Positions 1-7,856 of a DNA stretch of 64,000 bases are shown here, in pieces (position 1 is the stretch's first letter; each line of letters begins with the position of its first letter). The notes below the pieces were generated by a model. The model had not been told where the DNA came from and searched no databases. It saw only the letters and a program-made list of their open reading frames with translations. Location of the stretch: assembly GCA_963676015.2 (NCBI GenBank), contig CAXXUQ010000003.1:58256-122255 (forward strand), read 5' to 3'. The translations under genes were made by a program, and so were the position numbers. This DNA is from Prolixibacteraceae bacterium. GTDB taxonomy: Bacteria; Bacteroidota; Bacteroidia; Bacteroidales; Prolixibacteraceae.

Positions 1-489
1 TATTTAGTTGATGAAAAATATGAAAAAATCAATCGCATAGTTTTTATAATACCAACACTTTTAACTGATGCAAAAATATCATTTCATTAGTTCTGAGATA
101 AATCTTTATGGTTTGTCTTATGAATGCCCCTATATAATAAGGAAATGTAACTGCCCTTTAAAATGTGTTGATTCTCTTTCATTTCAGAAAAAAGTTGATT
201 GGATTGATGATTTAAGTGAAGAAAGAAAAAGATCAATTTGGGAACAACACATAGCCTGTTCACAAATTAGACATTGAGAAAATTGCTTAGTTATTATGAA
301 TGTGGTCAAATAATAGGTTTTGTTAGGTTAGTTAGTTAAATGAGTCTTCCTCTTCGTGCAAACAGAGGAAGGTTTCCCGGGGGCATATTGATGCTCCCGG
401 GATTAATCTGTAAAATGAAAGTGATTTCATCACCAAATAGAAAAAACAGCGAACCTGTAACAAAGGGAAACTATTAAAAATCTGTTGCC

Positions 490-1650
490 ATGCAAAACAA
501 ATCGGACAATCATATTGATGTATTATTGAATTTGATTTCTTCAGGAGAAATCCTGGAAGCAGAACAATATTGCCAACAATTTCAAAAAGGAAACGAAAAG
601 TTAAAATCCATCCTGTTTCAACAGTTCTATTCATTTGAAATTGAAGGCATGCAGCAATTATTTTTACGAAATATCCATGCACGTTTGATTTTCTTGATTG
701 ATGATCTTTTTATAGCTGTTGAAAAAAGAAAGAATGAAGATAGCGTTCAGAATAAGGAGCTTATTAATGCCCGGAAGTCAGTTCTTTTGACTTTGGAAGA
801 TTTGCTGGTTTTTATCGGAGAAAATTTTGCGGAATCCGTTGATCCTGAACAAAAATTACCGATGAAATTTCATGGTTCTTCTATCCAAAAAATAACTGAA
901 GAATTTTTGAGATTGAGTTTGCCAGCCGATGATCCGGATTGTATTTTATTTGAAAAGGTAAAAGCTTCAGTTCAAAACAGGTTAAGCAAGCCGGGTATTA
1001 CCTATGGATTAATGGCTTACCTTAACGAACTTGCCCTGCAAATTGAAAGGGTGCAGTTAAGCAACAGGGAACATCCTTTTTCGATTACATTAAAAGACAT
1101 CCTTATCGCTTATAATTTCAATTCATTAAGGGTCGTTCATTACCTGAACGCAGCGATCACAAAAGAGATAAAGATGATAGAGTCGGCAAAAGAGAAAATA
1201 GAATGTCTTAACCGTTGGTTGAAAGAAATAAGCCAGGTTCCGGTTAAACCTGCATGTGCTTTTAATGATTGGCATCTATCAGTGAGTCTTTTCCTATGCA
1301 ATTGGATACGGGAAGAAATCATTTTTTATGAAAAGGGGCTTCTCTTGTTTTCGGGTGTTTATCCGGCAGGGACACAGAGCGTTGTCAATACAGGATACAA
1401 AATTGAAACGGAACTCTCGGTTAATCAACTGGCCTGCTTTGTCCGGCTTTTTATGGAATGTGAGATATTAAAAAATACGAATGTCCGCGAGTTGTTAAAT
1501 TTTCTCGCTGAACATACTCGCTCCAAAAAACGTGAGAATATTTCTGCGGAAAGTTTGCGTTTAAAATACTACAACATTGAAGAATCAACACGGGAGGAAG
1601 TTCGAAAAATCTTATTCCGGTTACTGAAAAAAAGCAGTATCCCCATGTAG
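490..1650 (+). CDS. ICE-associated hypothetical protein with a C-terminal RteC-like winged-helix region
   Basis: 386-aa ORF. C-terminus (LSVNQLACFVRLF...FLAEHTRSKKRENISAESLRLKYY) resembles the DNA-binding end of RteC-like proteins. Confidence 0.5.
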   Translation: MQNKSDNHIDVLLNLISSGEILEAEQYCQQFQKGNEKLKSILFQQFYSFEIEGMQQLFLRNIHARLIFLIDDLFIAVEKRKNEDSVQNKELINARKSVLLTLEDLLVFIGENFAESVDPEQKLPMKFHGSSIQKITEEFLRLSLPADDPDCILFEKVKASVQNRLSKPGITYGLMAYLNELALQIERVQLSNREHPFSITLKDILIAYNFNSLRVVHYLNAAITKEIKMIESAKEKIECLNRWLKEISQVPVKPACAFNDWHLSVSLFLCNWIREEIIFYEKGLLLFSGVYPAGTQSVVNTGYKIETELSVNQLACFVRLFMECEILKNTNVRELLNFLAEHTRSKKRENISAESLRLKYYNIEESTREEVRKILFRLLKKSSIPM

Positions 1651-1651
1651 C

Positions 1652-1891
1652 CTAATTTTGATGATTTTCAGGGTTCTCCATTAAATCTTCAAGACCTACA
1701 GATTGTAAATAGCCGAATAGGTTAATCACTGCATGATAGGTAAATCCCAGTTTATGAACCATTTCATAATCAGAAACCTTTAATAACTCATCAAGGTTTT
1801 TGACTTTATTCTTTTGACATAAACTTTGAATTTCTTCTCCAACCGGTATCTCGGAAATGGGGCGGGTAAGTATTTCCTGTTTGTTTCCCAT
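1652..1891 (-). CDS. small protein resembling the RNA polymerase alpha C-terminal domain (HhH-like)
   Basis: 79 aa; RPISEIPVGEEIQSLCQKNKVKNLDELLK parallels alpha-CTD (IEEL.LS.R..N.L....I.T..DLL). Divergent from the XRE gene. Confidence 0.45.
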   Translation of the reverse strand: MGNKQEILTRPISEIPVGEEIQSLCQKNKVKNLDELLKVSDYEMVHKLGFTYHAVINLFGYLQSVGLEDLMENPENHQN

Positions 1892-2076
1892 CTTTTTAGG
1901 ATTTTATGTTACTTTTTTCAATAAAAATGATCTGAAAGTTGACTTTTGTGTGACCAGAGATCATCTTGTATTTTTTCTTATTGCCTGAAACAAAGATATA
2001 TAAAATATAAATACTACAATATAGTAGTAATTAATAAGTAGTAACAAATTGATAGGATTTACCCTTTATTTGCCAT

Positions 2077-2316
2077 ATGGCAATAAAGGATAACTTTTCT
2101 GAAAAACAACTGCATAACTTGGGCGAAAGGTTCAAGAAGTTGAGAAAGGAAAGAGGGTTTTCAAACTATGAACAATTTGCTTTTGATAATGAAATCCCTC
2201 GTGCTCAATATGGCAGATATGAAAACGGGGAAGACCTTCGTTTTAGCAGTTTGTTAAAAGTTTTAAAAGCCATGGATATCTCCTTAAAAGATTTTTTCAG
2301 CGAAGGTTTTGAATAG
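2077..2316 (+). CDS. XRE-family helix-turn-helix regulator
   Basis: LGERFKKLRKERGFSNYEQFAFDNEIPRAQYGRYENGEDLRFSSLLKVL is a typical HTH_3 pattern. Confidence 0.9.
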   Translation: MAIKDNFSEKQLHNLGERFKKLRKERGFSNYEQFAFDNEIPRAQYGRYENGEDLRFSSLLKVLKAMDISLKDFFSEGFE

Positions 2317-2706
2317 TAAGTTGATCTGTTCGTGTTCAATAGTTTTTCCTTTTCTTTTACGCTTTCCACAAGCTCTGTACTTCCTGCTGAAACAGCCTTC
2401 CGTCAATTAGAGAAAAATTCATTTTTATTTTGATCTTCTGGAATGCCTGATACTTTGGATATCAGCAAAATGTGATGTTCATTTTTGTTACCCCCTGTTA
2501 CTTTACTGTTTGGTTCATTTGCATTTATTTAGTCTGTTATTAAGAATTGGCGAAGGTGCATTGATGCTCTTTTGTTGATTCAGAGCCTTGATTGGATGAA
2601 CTGATTTTATGGGATTGGGGAGGGGCAAAATTTACAAGGAAAACGTCCCTTAGCGAAATCAGTTTCAACATACACAATTGTTCAGGAAAACTATATTACA
2701 TAACAG

Positions 2707-3558
2707 ATGAAACAAAATGAATTCAAAGAAATAGCAAGCTCACTGGAAGCAAAAATCCGCAAATTGGATTCCAGTGACGATCATTTCCAGAACGGGATAC
2801 TTGCTGCCATAAACTTATGTGCATCCGCTTACAACGAATTGCGGGATTCATTGGTGAAGAATGGCTTTAATTCAACCGAAGAGGAGATTTATTTTTTTAA
2901 AGTTATAAAACCCAATGTGCTTGGAGAGTATTTGTTTTACTCAAAGCTTTTTGAGATAAAAACCAAAATGCCTGTTGTTTCAATAAAAAAGCAAAAGAAA
3001 TTCTTAAGAAGCATGATTTTTCAGGGGCAACAGTTTTTTAAAGAAAACAACGAATTTTACCAGTATTATCGCAGTGCTTCCGATCATCTTGACGATAAAT
3101 ATTTTGTGCGGACAAAAACCATTTGCAGCATAAATCCATACCACATTGCAGTTGATTTGTTCTTTTCTACAAGCCATGATTACATACTGGCAACGATTAA
3201 GGCCAATGAAAGAATAATTGCATATTGCGCAACCGCGATCAATAAACTAAGGACACAAAAATTGCAGAAGATTTCACAGAATAGTTTGATCCAAATCAAA
3301 ACAAACCTTTTCTGGACAGGAAGTAAAACCGCGCTTATTGAAATGATCTATGCTATTCACAGTACAGGGGTGATCAATAATGGAAAAGCAGACATAAAAG
3401 AATTGGTAAATGCATTTGAGACCATTCTCAACATCAAACTTTCACGATTCTACCATACCTTTTTTGAAATGCGGCTTAGAAAATTTGATCGGACCAGTTA
3501 TTTGGACTTAATGAAGAAGTGTTTGATTAAACGGATGGATGATGCCGATGAAAAATGA
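2707..3558 (+). CDS. rteC: RteC-family ICE transcriptional activator
   Basis: EEIYFFKVIKP, FYQYYRSAS.HLDDKYFVR, LFWTGSKTALIEMIYA and final R..RT.YLD.M...L.KRMDDAD motifs. Confidence 0.9.
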   Translation: MKQNEFKEIASSLEAKIRKLDSSDDHFQNGILAAINLCASAYNELRDSLVKNGFNSTEEEIYFFKVIKPNVLGEYLFYSKLFEIKTKMPVVSIKKQKKFLRSMIFQGQQFFKENNEFYQYYRSASDHLDDKYFVRTKTICSINPYHIAVDLFFSTSHDYILATIKANERIIAYCATAINKLRTQKLQKISQNSLIQIKTNLFWTGSKTALIEMIYAIHSTGVINNGKADIKELVNAFETILNIKLSRFYHTFFEMRLRKFDRTSYLDLMKKCLIKRMDDADEK

Positions 3559-3786
3559 TGGAATCAGAGACAAAAGATGCTTGTTTCAACTTAAAGAAAA
3601 TCAATCGCGCTATCGTATTTAAGAGCCAATGCAACTTAGTTTTCATCGGTAGTGTATAGATCCGCTTTGATGCCAAACCAGATTAAACAATATCATAAGC
3701 AGGGACATACTTCTCACTGAATACCTAGGATTCTCAATTAACTTCCACAAAAAATATCCGGAAATTAGCGAAAAAACGCCCCCAAC

Positions 3787-3832
3787 TCCGGGTCTGGTTT
3801 GGGTCAAAACAAAAATGAAGGATTCAAATTTG
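3787..3832 (+). promoter_or_regulatory. promoter of the xis/rep operon: TCCGGGTC-N3-TTTG-N23-CAAATTTG
   Basis: Same architecture and spacing as the tra operon promoter at 6708-6753. Confidence 0.55.
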
Positions 3833-3869
3833 GAACAAATCAAAATGTACCAATTTAAATCTTTTAGTT

Positions 3870-4166
3870 ATGCCTTCAGAAATTATTACCACCGACGATC
3901 TCCGGGAATTCAAAACCGAATTACTGACCGAGTTCAGAAAGATGCTGAAAGAGCATCATGGTCAACCATCCAAAAAGTGGCTCAAATCCTACGAAGTCCG
4001 CAAGATGCTGGGTATTTCTCCTGGAACCCTCCAGAACATGAGAATCAATGGAACCATTCCATTTACCAAAATGGGTGGAATCCTTTTTTATGATTCAGAA
4101 GATATCCGTAAAATTCTGGAAGACAATAAGAATGTGCCCCGGTTCTGTTTCGACGGGAAGCGATGA
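3870..4166 (+). CDS. HTH_17 (excisionase-like) DNA-binding protein
   Basis: KKWLKSYEVRKMLGISPGTLQNMRINGTIPFTKMGGILFYDSEDI; typical ICE Xis-like protein. Confidence 0.88.
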   Translation: MPSEIITTDDLREFKTELLTEFRKMLKEHHGQPSKKWLKSYEVRKMLGISPGTLQNMRINGTIPFTKMGGILFYDSEDIRKILEDNKNVPRFCFDGKR

Positions 4167-5107
4167 ACTACATCCGGCACCTGAGCGGATTCTTTATCCG
4201 GCTGGCCGAAGATCAGCGGATGACACCCTATCACATCAGCCTGTATTTAGCCCTTTTTCAGCAGTGGAATGTGGACCGGTTCGGGGATTGGTTTATCATT
4301 TCCCGAAGTGAAATGATGCAACTGTCCAGGTTCGGTTCAGCCAATACTTATGCCCGTTGCATGAAAGAGCTGTCTGATTGGGGATATATCAGTTACACAG
4401 CTTCGTCCAACATCCACTCGGGCAGCCGGGTCTCCTGTATCAGATTCGATACCACTACTGATATTGCTAGAAATACAGGAACCGATACCGGTATCAAAAC
4501 TAATACTTCAACCGATACCGGTAATGATACCGGAAGAAATACCGGTATTTCAGGCAGTACCGAAAACGATACAGGAAGGGATACAACAAGTGATACCGGT
4601 ATCACAGCCAATACCGAAACTGATACAGGAAGAAGTACCGCAAGTGAAAAAAAAGATGCTGCCAGTATCAAAACTGATACAGGATGTGATACAGGAAGTG
4701 ATACACTTCTTATAAACAGTCTAAACAAAAACAAACAGGAAGAAAAGTCAGTCAGAAGAAATCAAAAATTAGATGTTGATGAAAACGAAGAAAAACAAAA
4801 ACGATTCCGAACGACAAATCCCGAAAATCTTCCGGATGAGAAATCTCCGGTTCCGGATTTGTCCGAAACCGAACAATTTTTTGAACAGAACCAGTTTCCG
4901 CGCAGCGAAGCGCAGAAGTTTTACGCCCACTACCAGTCGTCAGGCTGGAAAACGGGAGATATGAAAAAAATAATTTCCTGGCAGGCCGTTGCCCGGAAGT
5001 GGATGAACAATACCCAAAGTTTTAAAACAGATGAACGAGAATTCAATCAAGTCGGGACCAGCAAACACAGTGTTACCGTCAACAAAAATTACGCTGAACC
5101 CTTATGA
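4163..5107 (+). CDS. putative replication initiator-like protein (N-terminal wHTH, T/D/G repeat linker, conserved C-terminal domain)
   Basis: HISLYLALFQQWN...TY.RC.KEL..WGYI.Y N-terminus; C-terminal AQKFYAHYQSSGWK.G..KIISWQA.ARKW. ATGA-coupled to the xis-like gene. Confidence 0.65.
   Translation: MNYIRHLSGFFIRLAEDQRMTPYHISLYLALFQQWNVDRFGDWFIISRSEMMQLSRFGSANTYARCMKELSDWGYISYTASSNIHSGSRVSCIRFDTTTDIARNTGTDTGIKTNTSTDTGNDTGRNTGISGSTENDTGRDTTSDTGITANTETDTGRSTASEKKDAASIKTDTGCDTGSDTLLINSLNKNKQEEKSVRRNQKLDVDENEEKQKRFRTTNPENLPDEKSPVPDLSETEQFFEQNQFPRSEAQKFYAHYQSSGWKTGDMKKIISWQAVARKWMNNTQSFKTDEREFNQVGTSKHSVTVNKNYAEPL
4448..4717 (+). repeat. five degenerate 54-bp units, each with about four (G/A)ATAC cores at 12/12/12/18-bp spacing
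   Basis: Cores at 4448, 4460, 4472, 4484 / 4502, 4514, 4526, 4538 / 4556, 4568, 4580, 4592 / 4610, 4622, 4634 / 4664, 4676, 4688, 4700. Some are variants (GATAT, AGTAC, AGTAT). Confidence 0.85.
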
Positions 5108-5759
5108 ACAGATAGCCAATTATAGCGGCGGAGTGTTTAATTTCAGTTTACAGACCAGCCTGCAATGGATGGAGGAACGGGGCAAAATCCTGTTCGGGAA
5201 CCACTTTGCGATAGTTCCAACTGATATAGAGCTGATCTACAAACTGCTGGTTTATGCCATCGGCGACCAGGAAAATGCTGAAAGGCACGGGATCAACCTG
5301 AGAAAGGGTATCCTTTTGTGCGGCCCAATCGGCTGTGGCAAGACCAGTTTATTAAAGCTCATTAGCTATTTTTGTCCTCGGGAGACCCAGTTTTTGGTTA
5401 AGCCCACGCGGGAGATTAGTTTTGAGTTTGAAAAAGATGGTTATTCCGTGATTAACCTGTACAGCAAAGGATCGTTTGTCAGATATGCCAACATGCCTTT
5501 CATCCCCAAAGTGTATTGCTTTGATGATTTGGGATTGGAACAAACCCCGAAATATTACGGCAATGAATGCAACGTAATGGCCGAAATATTGCTGAACCGT
5601 TACGATCTTTTCATTTCAAAACGGATGCTAACACACATCACCACCAACCTTTCTGCATCAGAGTTGGAGGAGATCTACGGCAACCGGATCAGAAGCCGGA
5701 TGCGCGAAATGTTTAACCTGGTTGCATTTGACAGGGATACCAAGGACAAAAGGGCTTAG
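5031..5759 (+). CDS. DnaC/IstB-like AAA+ ATPase (start uncertain)
   Basis: Walker A GPIGCGKT, Walker B YCFDDLG, THITTNLS and RIRSRMREMFN motifs. Confidence 0.85.
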   Translation: MNENSIKSGPANTVLPSTKITLNPYEQIANYSGGVFNFSLQTSLQWMEERGKILFGNHFAIVPTDIELIYKLLVYAIGDQENAERHGINLRKGILLCGPIGCGKTSLLKLISYFCPRETQFLVKPTREISFEFEKDGYSVINLYSKGSFVRYANMPFIPKVYCFDDLGLEQTPKYYGNECNVMAEILLNRYDLFISKRMLTHITTNLSASELEEIYGNRIRSRMREMFNLVAFDRDTKDKRA

Positions 5760-5823
5760 GATAAAGTCAATCAAGGATAAACCAAAATCAGGTTATAATC
5801 AATGTTTGGTTAGTTGGTTCTGC

Positions 5824-5863
5824 GGCCTGTTCGCGCTTTGGCTCCGCCGGGCGCGAACAAGCC
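5824..5863 (+). terminator. GC-rich hairpin after the ATPase gene
   Basis: GGCCTGTTCGCGC...GCGCGAACAAGCC inverted repeat. No U-tract follows, so its function is uncertain. Confidence 0.4.
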
Positions 5864-6707
5864 TCGATTCTGCATAGAAGAGTGGCCATGTCTGGTTCAA
5901 AGATCAATCCCTGTCATTTCGTGTCTGGATTGACTTTTCCCGTCATTGGGCCACACTTCCCCGTTTTTCTAGGTTATAAATGAATTTTGAGGTTTAAAAC
6001 TCCTTTTAGCAGGTATTTCCTCTGTACCCCGGCACATTCGCTTCTCTCGCTTTATCGCTCCCTTTCCCCGTTCGTAACCTCACCGGGACCGGTCGCTCAA
6101 TTTGCTCGTTCAGCTCATAAGCCGGTTTGTACCGCACGGCAAGAGTAGCCCGATTCATTCCATTGCGCTGACCCCTCCCCAACTCCATTTCGCCCGCCCG
6201 GTTTTACCCACAACCACTTCCCTGCACAAAACCGGATGCAGGCTCCATTCCGTCCCCACACGTCAGCTTCATTCCATTTCCTGGCCACACTTGCCTTTTG
6301 CCCGCCCGCTCTCAAAAATTTTGGTCAGTTAATCGTTTCGTCAAAATCAAAAAGCAAGCCTAATTTAGCCAGTCTCCCCACAACCCAACGTCGGAACAAA
6401 TGCAAGACCAAGACAAGTGTCCCGCTTTTTTAATCATTTTGGTTTTCACTTTTATCAAAGTATAACTAAAGAAAACGGGACAATCTTGCATTTCCACCCC
6501 GACCGGCTCTTGATTGGCTTTCTTTTTCTTTTTTTGACCTTTTTTCTTTCTCTTTTCGAAATATTTTTTCCAATCAAATTGAAATAAACCCCGTCAGGAT
6601 TTATTGAAGAATCACTTTCCAGAAGACTTTTCGAATCAAATAAATCCATAATAATCTGAATAATAGCTTGATAGTTGCTAGAGCACTATAAAAAAACACA
6701 CCCGGAG

Positions 6708-6753
6708 TCCGGGTCAACTTTGGCTTTTGCCAATTTTTCCTATCCTATTTTTG
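6708..6753 (+). promoter_or_regulatory. tra operon promoter: TCCGGGTC-N3-TTTG-N23-TATTTTTG
   Basis: Perfect Bacteroidetes -7 box TAnnTTTG at 6746-6753; palindrome ACCCGGA-G-TCCGGGT at 6700-6714. Confidence 0.6.
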
Positions 6754-6813
6754 CACTTGCAATCAGGCAAATCAAACCTGAATCATCCGGATTTTAAATT
6801 AAAACTCAAGACT

Positions 6814-7173
6814 ATGTTTGGAATCAATCAAATCAGCTGGGGACAATTCTCGGGCTTTATCCTTTCGATCCTTTTGGTATGGTACCTGTTAGTTCTGGCA
6901 CTGGCTTTTGTCAGGCAAAGAGGGAAACGAAAAACACTTTTTGAAGATGACCAATTTATTCCGGTAGCATCTGAAGGGTTTAACCCGATATCCGTTTCAT
7001 CCAAAGATCTGCCATCCGAATTAATCCCGGTCCGGCTTTCAGATGATATTGCCTTACCAGCTTCTTTATACGAAGAAACAGGTTTGGATGAAGGTTATTC
7101 CATAGATACCTTCTCACAGCCCGATAATCCGCAATTGCCAAAAATTCTGGAACAAGTCCAGCACCAATCATAA
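6814..7173 (+). CDS. membrane-anchored first gene of the tra operon (TraD-like position)
   Basis: N-terminal TM helix (ISWGQFSGFILSILLVWYLLVLAL) and acidic tail. Likely start is ATG 6814, downstream of the promoter. Confidence 0.6.
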   Translation: MFGINQISWGQFSGFILSILLVWYLLVLALAFVRQRGKRKTLFEDDQFIPVASEGFNPISVSSKDLPSELIPVRLSDDIALPASLYEETGLDEGYSIDTFSQPDNPQLPKILEQVQHQS

Positions 7174-7176
7174 ACA

Positions 7177-7527
7177 ATGTTCAATTATTCATTTTTAAAA
7201 ACTCAAAGTCACATGAAAACACGTGTTCAGAAATTTGTTCAAAAAACAGTCTCTTTTTCAACCTTTCTGGTTTTATGTATCTCTCGTACCATGGCCCAGT
7301 CGGCAGCCGGTATAGACCAGGCAACATCCGAAGTCAGTTCGTATATTGACCCGGTGTGTAACCTGATCATTGCCATTGGAGCCGTTGTCGGTTTGATCGG
7401 CGGTGTCCGCGTTTACATTAAATGGCAGAGTGGCGACCAGGATACCCAGAAAGCCATCATGGGCTGGTTCGGGGCATGTTTGTTTTTGATCCTTGTTGGG
7501 GTGGTTATCAAAGCCTTCTTTGCGTAA
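7177..7527 (+). CDS. traE: TraE / DUF4134 pilin-like (VirB2) protein
   Basis: AGIDQATSEVSSYIDPV...GAVVGLIGGVRVYIKWQSGDQD..KAIMGWFGACLFL. Confidence 0.9.
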   Translation: MFNYSFLKTQSHMKTRVQKFVQKTVSFSTFLVLCISRTMAQSAAGIDQATSEVSSYIDPVCNLIIAIGAVVGLIGGVRVYIKWQSGDQDTQKAIMGWFGACLFLILVGVVIKAFFA

Positions 7528-7838
7528 TGCAATGTTACCCCATCAAAAAGGTAGATACCCGGTTGTACATCAAAGGGCTTTCCGGCCCTTTGGTCTTCCG
7601 GGCACTTTACGGGATCATCGCATCCTTCCTGCTATTCTCTGCACTTTATATCCTTGCCGGGGTTTTCCCGGCAGTGCTGGTCGGGGTTCCTGCCTTTTTC
7701 GGTTATCTCTATCGGCTGAATACCATCCAGAAGAAATATGGTCCGGAAGGATGGGGCAAGAAACAGACCGCAAGGAAACTGCCCCAGTTTGTCAGCTGTA
7801 AACGCCGGATCCAACAAACCTACTGCGGACAACACTAA
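7527..7838 (+). CDS. traF: TraF / DUF4133 (VirB3-like)
   Basis: YPIKK....LYIKGLSG, two TM segments, KKYG.EG.GK..A. TAATG-coupled to traE. Confidence 0.8.
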   Translation: MQCYPIKKVDTRLYIKGLSGPLVFRALYGIIASFLLFSALYILAGVFPAVLVGVPAFFGYLYRLNTIQKKYGPEGWGKKQTARKLPQFVSCKRRIQQTYCGQH

Positions 7839-7856
7839 AAGTAAATCAGAATATAC

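Noticed and set aside
68-277. 69-aa ORF at the window start
   Set aside because: No recognisable motif; AT-rich context; cannot be supported.
375-402. Hairpin TCCCGGGGGCAT-ATTG-ATGCTCCCGGGA as the ICE left end
   Set aside because: No copy of the tRNA-like core or the TCGAGAC repeats nearby; function undetermined.
4448-4717. Possible CRISPR-like repeat
   Set aside because: In-frame, degenerate and without unique spacers.
6455-6649. Minus-strand 64-aa Lys/Arg-rich ORF
   Set aside because: Its composition derives from T-tracts on the + strand; no family resemblance.
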